DNA of 64,000 bases from an uncultured delta proteobacterium (GTDB taxonomy: Bacteria > Desulfobacterota > Desulfobacteria > Desulfobacterales > B30-G6): positions 480,001 to 544,000 of the forward strand of contig CAWGLD010000004.1 of assembly GCA_963823335.1 (NCBI GenBank), read 5' to 3'. This document shows positions 29,024 through 39,953 of this stretch, piece by piece; the stretch's first letter is position 1, and the number at the start of each line of letters is the position of its first letter. The notes under the pieces are model-generated. The model had not been told where the DNA came from and did not search any database. It saw only the letters and a program-made list of their open reading frames with translations. The translations under genes were made by a program, and so were the position numbers.

Positions 29024-31778
29024 CGGCATTTTGCTGCTGCTCCTGGTGTCATTCTGTGGACAGGCTTCTGCGGCGACACTTCCGGAATCACACTACGAGA
29101 ATTCTCTGATCTGGGATATCCGGGTTGATGTCAAAGATTCCTACGGGAGTGAACAGCAATGGATCGATATGGTACAGTCTGTTGCCTCAACGTATATCAA
29201 GAAAGGAGACCAGTTTTCAAGTTTCGAAGTGACGCGTCTGGCGGACGCCCTAAAAGCCTGTCGAAGATTTCGATCCATCCACCTGGACACTGAAATGACC
29301 GAAGCCGGCCTTTTACTCCTAATCACCGTGACTCCTTTCAGGCTGATCAAAGATATCCGTATCCGAGGCAAATATCCCCTGTTTGAAAAACAAATACAAA
29401 ATGTCATGACGATCTATCCCGGAGATGCCTTTAATGCGGAAGAAGTTCACAAACAACCTGAGTTGATTGCCGAATTATACCGCAGCTACGGATATATCGC
29501 CCCGAAGATCACGATCGAAAGCACCCGGGACCTTCACAACAGTCATTATTTTCTTGTTGTTTTGATTCAAAAAGGAAAGCCGTATCGACTGCGCCGGTTC
29601 GAAATGACAGGCAACACAGCTTTCCAGACATCCGAATTGAGATGGAAAATGAAATCCGTGAGAAGTACCACCGAAAATTTTTCTGAAAAATTATTTTTAG
29701 AGGACCTGAAGAAATTAACAGCCTTTTACTGGGCTCAGCGGTTTCCGGATATTATGATCAAACATCAACTAGAAAAAAACCCACAGACAGGGGAAGTCGA
29801 AATCCAGATAGCCGTCGATGAAGGGCCTCGTTACGATGTTTCATTTGTCGGTAACACGGCCTTTGGAAACAGAGCCCTTAAAAAAGAACTCGCTCTTTTC
29901 AAATCAGGAAACCGGCGTGGTACTGGGTTGAGAAAAAGCATCCGCAACATAAATGAAAAATACCACAAGGCGGGTTATGCCGATATGACCGTCAAAGTAG
30001 AAACCGACACGGCAGTGGAGGAAACCATCTCTGTCCAGAAACTCCGTTTTATTATCGACGAGGGCATGCGCTCCATTGTCCGGAAAATCGTTATCGACGG
30101 CAACGCCTTCTTCAGCGAGAAGACGCTGAAAAAGCAGATGCTGACCCGTCCTCCCGGCTGGATGCATGACGGCGAATATGTTGCCGAAAGGCTTGACGAA
30201 GATATTCTGGCCATAGAAAACCTGTATCACGGAAACGGGTATCTGGATGTCGACGTGGAAAAAACGGTCGATTTCTCCCCTGAGCAGGAAGGTGGGGTGG
30301 TCGCGCTGAAAATTCATGAGGGGCAGCAGACCCGTGTATCCCGTGTGGCACTGGAAGGATTGACGGCCGTTCCGGAAGCGATGGTCATAAATAATATGCA
30401 GATTCAGCCAGGTCAGCCGTTTAACCACAGCAAGCTGAACAACGATGAAAAACGAATCGCCATGGTGATTTCCGAAAAGGGATATCCCTATGTAAAGGTT
30501 TCAGGCGATGCAACTTTCAATGAAGACCGGACAAAAGCCGAAGTTGTATTCAAGGTACGGCAGAACGCATATGTCAAGAGCGGCAACACCTTCCATACGG
30601 GGAATTTTCATACCAAGGAGAAAGTCCTCGACCGGGAAATGGTCATGAAACCCGGAGATCCGTTTTCATTGAAAAAAATGGCCGAGGGTCAGAAAAACAT
30701 CCGCTCCATGAACATCTTCCGCTCGGTTGCATTTCATCCCGTGGGCTTGAAGGAGGAAGCCGAAACCATCCATCTTTTCACGGAAGTGGAAGAAGAAAAA
30801 CCCTTATACTTCGAGGTGACTGGCGGGTATGACTCGGAAAAGGGCTTAAACACAACCAGCACCATTGGGGATCATAATTTTTTGGGGTCCAACAAGGACT
30901 TTAAAATCGGCGGTGAACTCAGTAAAACAGGTTATAAAGGAGAATCGCGACTTTTTGAACCCAGGTTTTTAGGTACGCGGATATCGTCTGATCTGGGTGT
31001 ATACTTTGAGCGCAGCGAACCCTTTAACCAGAATTTCGGTACAGACAAAATTGGGACCGATCTGCAGTTTTCACGAAAATGGAAAAAAAACATCAAGCTG
31101 GGGCTTGGTTTCAACTACGAGAGACGGGAACAGTACCCCAGGGGTCGTGATGTGGATGAAGACGATGTATTTGACCTCAGAAGTATCCTGTCGGTGACAC
31201 CTTCCATCAGGTTTGACAGCCGGGATAATTTTTTGAATCCAAAAAATGGTGTCTATTGGCTGTTGGAGACCGGTGTGTATAAGGGGATTGAGAACTCTCT
31301 GGATGACTTTTACAAAACGCGTTTCGACCTGAGGGCATATGTAACACCCATTAATCGATTGACGTTTGCCGGTCGTGGCAGTGTCGGTAAAATAAATCCC
31401 TATGGTTCCAAGGGGAGGATACCGGATGACCAGTTGTTTTTTCTGGGCGGTACAACCACTGTCCGGGGGTTCGATGAAAACCAGCTTTTAACAGATTATG
31501 ACAATGACCCTGTGGGGGGGAAATTGATGTTCCTGGGAAATGCAGAGACGAGAATCGATCTTGGTTCGAATTTCGAACTTTCCTTTTTTTACGACATCGG
31601 GAATCTCGGCAAGACCTCCGGTGACGAAAGGTCTGACAAGATCCGTTCTTCAACGGGAGTCGGCCTCCGGTATGTTACACCGGTTGGAGCCGTCGGGTTG
31701 GTCTATGGATACAAAATCAACCCTGAACCGTACGAGAGTTCCGGTAAATTTCATTTCTCCATCGGCTATACCTTTTAG
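28968..31778 (+). CDS. Omp85 (BamA/TamA) family outer-membrane protein
   Basis: POTRA repeats, FFLGGTTTVRGF, GLRYVTPVG, C-terminal FHFSIGYTF. Confidence 0.9.
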   Translation: MKEVTVVKLFSGSSSVCFSGILLLLLVSFCGQASAATLPESHYENSLIWDIRVDVKDSYGSEQQWIDMVQSVASTYIKKGDQFSSFEVTRLADALKACRRFRSIHLDTEMTEAGLLLLITVTPFRLIKDIRIRGKYPLFEKQIQNVMTIYPGDAFNAEEVHKQPELIAELYRSYGYIAPKITIESTRDLHNSHYFLVVLIQKGKPYRLRRFEMTGNTAFQTSELRWKMKSVRSTTENFSEKLFLEDLKKLTAFYWAQRFPDIMIKHQLEKNPQTGEVEIQIAVDEGPRYDVSFVGNTAFGNRALKKELALFKSGNRRGTGLRKSIRNINEKYHKAGYADMTVKVETDTAVEETISVQKLRFIIDEGMRSIVRKIVIDGNAFFSEKTLKKQMLTRPPGWMHDGEYVAERLDEDILAIENLYHGNGYLDVDVEKTVDFSPEQEGGVVALKIHEGQQTRVSRVALEGLTAVPEAMVINNMQIQPGQPFNHSKLNNDEKRIAMVISEKGYPYVKVSGDATFNEDRTKAEVVFKVRQNAYVKSGNTFHTGNFHTKEKVLDREMVMKPGDPFSLKKMAEGQKNIRSMNIFRSVAFHPVGLKEEAETIHLFTEVEEEKPLYFEVTGGYDSEKGLNTTSTIGDHNFLGSNKDFKIGGELSKTGYKGESRLFEPRFLGTRISSDLGVYFERSEPFNQNFGTDKIGTDLQFSRKWKKNIKLGLGFNYERREQYPRGRDVDEDDVFDLRSILSVTPSIRFDSRDNFLNPKNGVYWLLETGVYKGIENSLDDFYKTRFDLRAYVTPINRLTFAGRGSVGKINPYGSKGRIPDDQLFFLGGTTTVRGFDENQLLTDYDNDPVGGKLMFLGNAETRIDLGSNFELSFFYDIGNLGKTSGDERSDKIRSSTGVGLRYVTPVGAVGLVYGYKINPEPYESSGKFHFSIGYTF

Positions 31779-32938
31779 GGTTGATAATCTTTGAGAAATA
31801 ATGCCACGACAATACCGCCGGCAGATATCAACAAACTGCCGATGACGAACACATGCGAAAGACCAAACATATCAAGGATGATCCCCGAAAGGATGGGGGA
31901 CACAATCATACCCAGACTCCAGGCGGCATCGGTTAAACTCATCAGAGATGCCATACCCATGGTGCGCCCGAGTTTTGCGGTAATGACAAGCCCACCAGGC
32001 AATGAGACACCATTGGCCATGCCCATAAGAATATTCAGCAAAAGAATCATTAAAAAGCCCTCAACAAACGGCATCCCCAATACCGTCATCCCCGAGGCAA
32101 GCGTGCCCAGAATGATAAGATACTTCGGGTTGACCCGGTCGGCCAGGGCGCCACAGGTGCGCTGGAGAAATGCAATCAGAAAAATATTGGCTCCTAAAAT
32201 GATACCGACCTGGGAGCTTGTCAGCTCAAGCTGAAGCGCAAGGATCGGCAGAAAAGTATACACCGCACCCTGCCCGGAGGCGGTTAAAAACCGCATCAGA
32301 AAAATTCCCAGAACCACGCGATGGCTCAACATTTTTCTGATTGAATAACGGTTTCGACTTTCTCCTGCCCCCTGCCGTTGTCGATCGGAAGGTATAAAAA
32401 TGATAACCAGCAGACAGGTTAAAAGTGCCAGGACACCCATGGCATAAAAAGCAGCATCCATCCCGAAATGATCACGAATAGTGCCCCCAAGCACAGGCCC
32501 GATACCAAGACCGAGCATAACCGCCATATTCAGGGTGCCCATATACAGACCGAGTTTTTGTACCGGTGCGATATCAGCTGCAAGAGCCATGGCGATGGGT
32601 ACCACAAGAACGGATGCCAGGCCATGTAGAAAACGCACCAATATAAGTGTTTCGGCATGTTCAGGCAACACGTACAACACCGAGACACCGGCATAGACAA
32701 AAAGCCCGGCCACCATGAACTTCTTTCGCCCCCACCGGTCGGAAAGCTGTCCTGCAAGTGGATTGAAAAGAGTTTTGGAAACATTGAAGCCGGCAATAAT
32801 CAACCCAACCAGAACCCCCCCGGCGCCGAGATCCACAGCGTATACCGGTATGAGTGGCCAGATGATGCCGAGTCCGATCATGGCAACGCCGACTGACAAT
32901 GAGAGAAGGAACAAGGTGCCGGAAGAAGATTGATTCAT
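31775..32938 (-). CDS. MFS transporter
   Basis: GQLSDRWGRK motif A, ~12 TM. Confidence 0.9.
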   Translation of the reverse strand: MNQSSSGTLFLLSLSVGVAMIGLGIIWPLIPVYAVDLGAGGVLVGLIIAGFNVSKTLFNPLAGQLSDRWGRKKFMVAGLFVYAGVSVLYVLPEHAETLILVRFLHGLASVLVVPIAMALAADIAPVQKLGLYMGTLNMAVMLGLGIGPVLGGTIRDHFGMDAAFYAMGVLALLTCLLVIIFIPSDRQRQGAGESRNRYSIRKMLSHRVVLGIFLMRFLTASGQGAVYTFLPILALQLELTSSQVGIILGANIFLIAFLQRTCGALADRVNPKYLIILGTLASGMTVLGMPFVEGFLMILLLNILMGMANGVSLPGGLVITAKLGRTMGMASLMSLTDAAWSLGMIVSPILSGIILDMFGLSHVFVIGSLLISAGGIVVALFLKDYQP

Positions 32939-33212
32939 GGTTTCCGTTTTATGCCGCTTGTCATAATAATGTTCCGAAAATAAGATGGCGGCATAAGGGG
33001 TTGTAGCAGAAAAAAGGTCCTCAATCGGAACGTTTTTCTGACAACCCCTATATATCGGGTTTTAGAAAATATGGGAACATCTTTTCGAAATAGCCGGAAT
33101 GTTCTTTTGGCAGATGTGGAAATACACGAAAAAATCAGAGGAAGGGTGTTCAATTGGAAAACTGTCTGAGTTAGCAAATTGTCTTTTCTGAAGATTGTAT
33201 CGCGTCCGTTGA

Positions 33213-33809
33213 TCAAGAAAATATTTTCTCAATTTCCTTGCGACGAAGATCCGCGACACCCAACTCCATCCTGTCGATTATATAGCGAAGATCCTGCGGG
33301 ACTCCCTCTATGTCCGGTAATAATGACAGGTTGAAGGCATTTTCAGTTAGATTGAGCTTGTTGCAGAACAGCAGATAATTTAATTTGGTCCTGTAATGGG
33401 CCCGTATCATTTCCTTATAGCTATTTCCAGATACAGCGAGCATAGAGCGGTAGTGGTCAACCAGGAGCGACATCCAATCACGGTATAAGCGCCGGGCCTC
33501 AGCAGGAATAGTGTCGGCCTTCTCCACCAGGCGATCAATCTCAGGAAGGTTGCCACTCAGTTCAGCTTCAAATGCTGTGTTCAGGGCACGGCGTCTGGAG
33601 ATGAGATAGTTCTCTTCGAAACTTTTCAGTCCATTGGAGTATTGTTTGATCTTCCAGGCATAAAAAACAAAAAATATCGGGATAAGTATCATCCACACAG
33701 CAGGAACAGGCTTTTCGATTACCCGCCTGGCAAGTTGCCTGGCCATAAATTCTTCATTGTCGAAAATCTGTCTTTTCTTATCTTCCATGGAGAGATTGCT
33801 CAACTTCAC
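33213..33809 (-). CDS. Conserved hypothetical protein (resembles NF038143-type family)
   Basis: 198 aa, VIEKP..VWMILIPIFFVFY segment; in the transporter operon. Confidence 0.6.
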   Translation of the reverse strand: MKLSNLSMEDKKRQIFDNEEFMARQLARRVIEKPVPAVWMILIPIFFVFYAWKIKQYSNGLKSFEENYLISRRRALNTAFEAELSGNLPEIDRLVEKADTIPAEARRLYRDWMSLLVDHYRSMLAVSGNSYKEMIRAHYRTKLNYLLFCNKLNLTENAFNLSLLPDIEGVPQDLRYIIDRMELGVADLRRKEIEKIFS

Positions 33810-33895
33810 GACCTCTGGTACTGGCTGTTTTGTCTGCTATAAGTCGATTGGCGACGGACAGGCCATCCTACAAGACAAAGGAGATCACCCGTTGC

Positions 33896-34138
33896 TTACT
33901 TGGTATTGAGGACTGAATCCAGATACTGTTCGGCCTCTTTTACCTGTTCGACATCCGTATAATAGTAACGGGTAGGATCAATTCCATTCTCATCGAGATA
34001 AGCGGACATGCTGCTCAGGATGGCGAACGAATCGGTCAAAAAAGGCAGGAAGACATAGACAAACAACAATACACCACCGAGGAGAACGATAAAAGTACGG
34101 AATCGATGGAGCAGGCTTTTGTCGATTATAGTTTCCAT
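33896..34138 (-). CDS. Small membrane protein
   Basis: METIID..., one TM, GIDPTRYYYTDVEQV; follows the YeiH gene. Confidence 0.65.
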   Translation of the reverse strand: METIIDKSLLHRFRTFIVLLGGVLLFVYVFLPFLTDSFAILSSMSAYLDENGIDPTRYYYTDVEQVKEAEQYLDSVLNTK

Positions 34139-34193
34139 GTTTTTCGGGTGAACCGGGGGGAGCCCCCCCGGTTCGCTCCTTTGTAGATTGATA

Positions 34194-35963
34194 TTAGATT
34201 TTGGCGGTAATTTCCGGGAACACCAGATAAAACATGATATACGCCATGACGAGTGTGAGAACCAGGTTGAAGCTCTGACCACAGACATAAAGAATCAATG
34301 GCTTTCCACCTTTGAAATACTTGGCAAGTTCCCGGAAATTGGTGGAAAGACCGATTGCAGCGAACGACAGGGCAAAGAACCAGCCGCGCAACAGGCGGGT
34401 ACCGCCACGGACTGCACCCTGGTCTATAAGAGCGCCACTCATCTCCTTACCAAGATTACTATCCAGCATTGAGAACACAATGGATGCGGCAAGAAAGCCG
34501 AGGACGAATTTTGGGAAACGATGCCAAATTTCGCCAGCGCCGACCGTTCTTTTGTCTGTGCCGTTCTGTTCCACCTTCATGCACCAGTAGAGTGCCACAC
34601 AGAAGGCGGTGACACCGATCATGACGTTCTGGATCATTTTGATGGTTGCCGCTACATACAGGGCTTTTTCACCTAGAAAGGCTCCTGCTGCCGCAACAGC
34701 TCCAGTGGCGTCGATTGTTCCACCCATCCAGGCACCCCCCAGAATCTCCGGCATACCGACGGATTTAATAAAGGCCGGCATGGCAATCATCATGATCGCC
34801 GTAAAGACCAGGGACAGGCCGATGGACAAGGTCAGCTCTTCTTTCTTTGCCCTACAGGCTGCGGCAGTAGCGATCGCAGCTGAGGTTCCGCAGACCGACA
34901 TGTCAGCGGAGATAACGATATTGAGCGTCTTTGAGGGCATTTTAATGACGGTCTGCCCGAAAATATAGGTCAAGATCAGAACGGTCGGGGTAACCACCCA
35001 GGCCACGAAAATTCCCGGAATACCGATGGACATAATTTTACTGAAAAGCACCTCCGCACCAAGCAGCACAAGACCTGTTTTAATGAAGAATTCCACCTTG
35101 CAGGCTGGAAGTACCCACTTCGGCGTGCCAATGGAGTTGGCTATAATCATACCGAGAAGAACACCCCAGGCTTCGGCACCGAAGCCGTACTGTTTAGAAA
35201 TCGCCTGGCCGCCAAGCAGGTAAGCCAATACAGAAACAAAAAAAACGATGAAGAAACCCTTTCCGAAGCCGGCAACACTCTCACCCATCAGTGCTATGCC
35301 GCTACCAAAAAAAACGATCATAAAGATGCACAGCCCGATCAGGGTTGGGATGTAGTTGTAGGGCTTATTGCCTGCTTTTGCCTTGGCGGATGCGGATTTT
35401 TTCTCGGCTGCACGCCAGTCGGATATTTTTGCTATGACCTCTTCGTTCAGGGCCTGGTTCTTGAATGCGCCGGCTGCTGCTGCCTCCTCTGCCTGGGTGG
35501 CGGCGGCCAGCGCGGCTGATGCCTTGGCCTTGGCTTCATCATAGGCGGGCATAGCCTTTTCGTTCATTGCTTTGGCTTGGGCATCTGTCCGGATGAAGGC
35601 ATCTACCGGGTTTGTTTTCCAACTGCCGGGGGACTTTGTCCAGTGGGACAGAAATTTGCCAAAACCAGTGGCACTTGAAGCCTTGAGTTTTTTGGCCTGA
35701 TCGGCTTGGTACCAGGCGGTGGTCTTGAAAGGTGCCCTCTCAGCCTCGGTCGCCTGGATCTGCTTTGCCTCATTGATCTTCTGGTCGAATTCCGCCTTTG
35801 GCGCAAATCCTAAATAGGCAATGAGACAGACCACAATGACGAGGAAGCCGAGCCAGATAGCCAGGTAATCCTCCTTGGTCCAGAGATCTGACCAGCGGCT
35901 TTGGCCGTGGTCTACAACAATGTTTGCATCTGCTTTAGCCATATTTCTTTCCTCCTGTGTCAT
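34194..35963 (-). CDS. YeiH / putative sulfate exporter (PSE) family transporter
   Basis: FIKTGLVLLG, SVCGTSAAIA, GGTIDATGAV, RFPKFVLGF. Confidence 0.88.
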   Translation of the reverse strand: MTQEERNMAKADANIVVDHGQSRWSDLWTKEDYLAIWLGFLVIVVCLIAYLGFAPKAEFDQKINEAKQIQATEAERAPFKTTAWYQADQAKKLKASSATGFGKFLSHWTKSPGSWKTNPVDAFIRTDAQAKAMNEKAMPAYDEAKAKASAALAAATQAEEAAAAGAFKNQALNEEVIAKISDWRAAEKKSASAKAKAGNKPYNYIPTLIGLCIFMIVFFGSGIALMGESVAGFGKGFFIVFFVSVLAYLLGGQAISKQYGFGAEAWGVLLGMIIANSIGTPKWVLPACKVEFFIKTGLVLLGAEVLFSKIMSIGIPGIFVAWVVTPTVLILTYIFGQTVIKMPSKTLNIVISADMSVCGTSAAIATAAACRAKKEELTLSIGLSLVFTAIMMIAMPAFIKSVGMPEILGGAWMGGTIDATGAVAAAGAFLGEKALYVAATIKMIQNVMIGVTAFCVALYWCMKVEQNGTDKRTVGAGEIWHRFPKFVLGFLAASIVFSMLDSNLGKEMSGALIDQGAVRGGTRLLRGWFFALSFAAIGLSTNFRELAKYFKGGKPLILYVCGQSFNLVLTLVMAYIMFYLVFPEITAKI

Positions 35964-36073
35964 TTAGTGCCCCGATCGGTCCTGATTGACCTCCGGCGCT
36001 TTGGGCCATAAAAACTATTTCTTGATTACGCTTATCCATTTAGACAATTGAAAACCAGGAACTAATTATATAA

Positions 36074-36090
36074 TGCAACCGACATGCCAA
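36074..36090 (-). promoter_or_regulatory. Sigma54 (-24/-12) promoter of the YeiH operon
   Basis: Minus strand TTGGCAT-GTCGG-TTGCA matches TGGCAC-N5-TTGC; next to a sigma54 activator. Confidence 0.8.
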
Positions 36091-36159
36091 ATATGATCTT
36101 AATTTATTTCAATTAATAACAACAGGTTAAAAACAATATGCCCTAAATCAACACCAGGA

Positions 36160-36310
36160 TGCCGCCAAAAGACGGCACCCTGACTACGGACATGAAGACC
36201 ATGGGGGGGTTCCAACGTTCGAAAGCCGCAAATCATGGCCTGGATAGTGTCTCTGCTATCTTCAGACCGATCCGGGTGAGTTGCATGGTAAATGCCGTCG
36301 AAAAGCGGCA
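36160..36310. promoter_or_regulatory. Putative enhancer sites TGCCG-N8-CGGCA (36160-36177, 36293-36310)
   Basis: Two palindromes with identical arms upstream of the sigma54 promoter. Confidence 0.6.
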
Positions 36311-36398
36311 CTGCCACCGACAGTTGCCGGTATTCCTGTTCAATTCCTGATATTTCAGCTTGTTTTGGGTGATAGCTTCCTGCAGGTGGTGCCGATGA

Positions 36399-37829
36399 TC
36401 ACGGTGCCGGGGTATTACGGTAGGATTCCACAGAAATGTCGTATCTTTTGATGATTTTCTGGAGAGACTGCCTTTTGATACCACTGATTTTGGCTGACAA
36501 GGTAATATTGCCCTGGGTATGGGCCAGCAGCTGCCGGAGATACTCCACGGTAAAGGTGTGGATGGCAGCCGCCTTCAGCTTTTTGTATGGTTTGGAAACA
36601 TCCGTTTCCTGTGGCACGGCACTCGTCTGGAAAGACACTGCGCCCGGTATGCGCCTGCCGGTGATGGTATCCCCTGCGGTGACCGCACACCATCCCCGGA
36701 TGGTGTTTTCCAGTTGACGGATATTACCCGGCCAGTCTTTTTCAATTAAATAGCGCACGACTTCGGGCGCCAGTTCCTTCTTAGTTGCTTCCTGCTCAAT
36801 GGAGACCTTGGTCAGAAAGTGATCCATGAGAAGGGGGATATCCTCCCTGATATGGTCGAGCCGGGGCATAACCAGCGAGGCTACATTCAAACGATAATAC
36901 AGGTCTTCCCGAAAGGTGTGGTCGCCCATTTTCCGGATTAAATCCTGGTTCGTGGCAGCGATAATACGCACATTGACCTGGACGCTTTCCGTACCACCCA
37001 GAGGCTTGATGGTTTGGTCCTGCATGAACCTGAGCAGCTTGGTCTGGAGCGATGTGGGCAGGTCCCCGATCTCGTCCAGAAATACCGTGCCGCCATCAGC
37101 GCTCACAAGCAAGCCTTCCCTTTCCTGACCGGCATTGGTAAAAGCGCCTTTTTTATATCCGAACAACTCGCTCTCGAGAATATTTTCCGGCAGGGCCGGA
37201 CAGTTGACCGTCACAAACGGCTTCCGGCTCCGGCTACTTTTGGCATGGATAGCCTTGGCTGCCAGCTCTTTTCCTGTCCCTGTCTCTCCCAGTATCAACA
37301 CGGTGACATCGGTCCTGGCAAGCATCTCAATGGTTCTGAAAATTTCCTGCATGGGTTGGCTTCTGCCAACTATGTTTTCAAAAGGCTCAATCGATTTGAT
37401 CTTGCGAGCCAGGCGTTCATTTTCGCGCACCAGGCGGTTACGCTCCAGGCTGTTCCGCAATAGATGCAGCAGGCGCTTTTCATCAAAGGGCTTCTGAATA
37501 AAATCGTATGCCCCGAATTTTATGGCTTCCACAGCCTTTTCAATACTCCCGTAGGCAGTCATGATCACCACGGTCAGATTCGGATCGTCTCTTAAAGCGC
37601 TCTCCAGTAACTTCATGCCGTCCATTTCCGGCATCCGGATATCTGCCATAACCAGATCTACGATATCCTTTGTCAGGACATGCAGTGCGGCCCGGGCACT
37701 CTGTGCCGTAAGAACACGGCATCCCAGGGTAATTTCGATGGTGCGCTTCAAACCTGCCAGAAGATCTGCCTCATCATCCACGATCAGGATGGTCTCTTTG
37801 GCTGTTGCATACTGCCCGGTTTCGATCAT
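36399..37829 (-). CDS. NtrC-family sigma54-dependent response regulator
   Basis: Receiver domain, GETGTGKE, ESELFG, GAFTNA (GAFTGA variant), FLDEIG, C-terminal HTH. Confidence 0.93.
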   Translation of the reverse strand: MIETGQYATAKETILIVDDEADLLAGLKRTIEITLGCRVLTAQSARAALHVLTKDIVDLVMADIRMPEMDGMKLLESALRDDPNLTVVIMTAYGSIEKAVEAIKFGAYDFIQKPFDEKRLLHLLRNSLERNRLVRENERLARKIKSIEPFENIVGRSQPMQEIFRTIEMLARTDVTVLILGETGTGKELAAKAIHAKSSRSRKPFVTVNCPALPENILESELFGYKKGAFTNAGQEREGLLVSADGGTVFLDEIGDLPTSLQTKLLRFMQDQTIKPLGGTESVQVNVRIIAATNQDLIRKMGDHTFREDLYYRLNVASLVMPRLDHIREDIPLLMDHFLTKVSIEQEATKKELAPEVVRYLIEKDWPGNIRQLENTIRGWCAVTAGDTITGRRIPGAVSFQTSAVPQETDVSKPYKKLKAAAIHTFTVEYLRQLLAHTQGNITLSAKISGIKRQSLQKIIKRYDISVESYRNTPAP

Positions 37830-39808
37830 GATCGGAGCCCTTTCTCTTTCACCCGGGCATCTTTGGATATTTCCGGGTTCAGGGGAAGACAGATCCTGAA
37901 CATGCTGCCCCTTCCTGCGTTAGTATGTACCTCAATATCGCCGCCATGCTGCTTGATAATACCGTAACTGACAGACAACCCAAGGCCTGTACCGCCCTTT
38001 TCGGATTTGGTGGTGTAGAAAGGGTCGAAAATCCTGGCTCGATCTTCTTCGCTGATACCGGTTCCGTTATCCGAAATTTCAATCCACAACTCCCTTTCGA
38101 TGGAATCCACCAGCGTTCGAATCGTGATGTCCCCCTCTTCTTTAATGGCCTGCTTGGCGTTCATCAGAATGTTCATAAAAACCTGTCGCATCTGCTGGGT
38201 ATCCACCGTCACACCGGGAATGTCCCTTCCGTACCGCCGGGTTATGGTAACATCTTTTTCCTGAAGCTGAATCTCAAGAACAGCCAGGACATCATCGATA
38301 CAGCGATGAATATCGGTTTCCAATTTCTCCGGCTTCGACACCCGGGCGAAATTCAAGAGGGCTTCCACAATCTGTCTGCAGTTTTGGGTGTGTTTCTGGA
38401 TAACAGCAATATCGTTCTGCACCTGTTCACTGATGGAAGGGTCTTTGGTAACCAGGCTGGCATATAAGCGGATAATCTCCAGAGGATTGTTGATTTCATG
38501 TGCCACACCCGAAGCCAACTGACCGATGGAAACAAGTTTTTCTGTCTGGGCCATGGCCTTCTCGAGATGCCGTTGCTCAGTGATGTCATGCAGTACTGCA
38601 TTGAGTCCGTCGAAATGTCCTGTCTTGTCATACCTGGCCGTAGCTGAGATCATGACCATCATTTTCCGGCCGTGCCTGTCCACCATCGATATTTCCAGGT
38701 TTCGAACAAAACCCTCATCCTTCACCTCCTGGATAAACGGCCGGGCATCCCGGGGGTCCCAGAAAAGCTGGTATACCCATTCGATGGACCGGGCTTCATC
38801 CAGGTCGATGAATCCGAAAAGAAGAATCCCCGCCTGATTGATATCCATCAGACGCTCATCCCGATCAAATATGAGGATTACCTCCTGGGACGTTTCGAAT
38901 AACTGGCGGTACTTGGTCTCGGATGATTTCAGATTCTCATGCGCCAACCTGAGATCCGTGGCCACGGCTTCAAATGCGTTTTTCAGCTGTTCGGTCTCAT
39001 CTCCTGCAGCTTCGAAATCCTCTGGGTCGCGGTCCCCACCATTTCCGGAGATACTAGTAAACTTGGTTAAAAGTCCTTTCAGTTCCAGTACGATGGTGCG
39101 GTTGAAGAGTAGATAGAACAGAAAGAAGAGAGAAAACATCGATGTAACCACCAGCAAGAAAACTGCCCAGGAAATCTCCTTGATCCGCTGAAAAGACACG
39201 TCCACGGGAATATAAATGGTGTCGGCCGCGACAGCGCTGCCCACATCGTAGCGATAACCGCCTTGAACACCGTAAATCCGCTTCATCTCTTTTGGAGCGT
39301 CATTCGGATCACCATGACAGTAGAGACATTCCGTTTCTGCATATATCGGCCGCAGCCTTGTAAAATAGGATCTTTCTCCTTTCTGGATCAGACCATGCCA
39401 CTCAGATCTGGCCTTGTTGGCGTTGAACCAGGCCAGCATTTCCAGTTCAAATTCGTCAGCCTGGTTGATGGGGTTCATGGGATTGAAAGCGGCACGCTTG
39501 TACTCAAAATCGGGAAAGCGGTTTTTCAGACGGCCCATGACCTCCCGTCCCACAAACGAGGTGGACATGGCCTGGGGAATAAAGGCTTCCGGCGGCAGCA
39601 GTCCGACAATCGTCGGTCTGAGCATATCCTTGACATAGGTCCGTGTAGCATCTGCCGTTGCGATGAATATCTCTGTCTCCTTGTAGATAGTCTCGGTGAC
39701 ATTGTTTTTCAGATATAGATAGGCAACTATGGAAGTTGCCGCACAAAAAACGATCAGGATGCATGCCGCCCCGATATGAAACCGGGTCTTGACATTCATT
39801 TTTTTCAT
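37826..39808 (-). CDS. Sensor histidine kinase with DUF3365-like heme-c sensor and PAS domain
   Basis: CLYCH (CxxCH) between TMs; AHEINNPL H-box; DNGTG, FDPFYTTK, GTGLGL. Confidence 0.9.
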   Translation of the reverse strand: MKKMNVKTRFHIGAACILIVFCAATSIVAYLYLKNNVTETIYKETEIFIATADATRTYVKDMLRPTIVGLLPPEAFIPQAMSTSFVGREVMGRLKNRFPDFEYKRAAFNPMNPINQADEFELEMLAWFNANKARSEWHGLIQKGERSYFTRLRPIYAETECLYCHGDPNDAPKEMKRIYGVQGGYRYDVGSAVAADTIYIPVDVSFQRIKEISWAVFLLVVTSMFSLFFLFYLLFNRTIVLELKGLLTKFTSISGNGGDRDPEDFEAAGDETEQLKNAFEAVATDLRLAHENLKSSETKYRQLFETSQEVILIFDRDERLMDINQAGILLFGFIDLDEARSIEWVYQLFWDPRDARPFIQEVKDEGFVRNLEISMVDRHGRKMMVMISATARYDKTGHFDGLNAVLHDITEQRHLEKAMAQTEKLVSIGQLASGVAHEINNPLEIIRLYASLVTKDPSISEQVQNDIAVIQKHTQNCRQIVEALLNFARVSKPEKLETDIHRCIDDVLAVLEIQLQEKDVTITRRYGRDIPGVTVDTQQMRQVFMNILMNAKQAIKEEGDITIRTLVDSIERELWIEISDNGTGISEEDRARIFDPFYTTKSEKGGTGLGLSVSYGIIKQHGGDIEVHTNAGRGSMFRICLPLNPEISKDARVKEKGLRS

Positions 39809-39953
39809 TGAAGATTCCTTCGCTGATATTAGGGCCAGTCGCTGCAAGTTAACACGATACCGACGGGTTGTTTGTTCCGCCGCCCTGTGAACCCCGAAAG
39901 CTGCGCATCGATCTGCAAGCAAAATTTTGCAGCTTATCGCTTACAGCGTAAAG

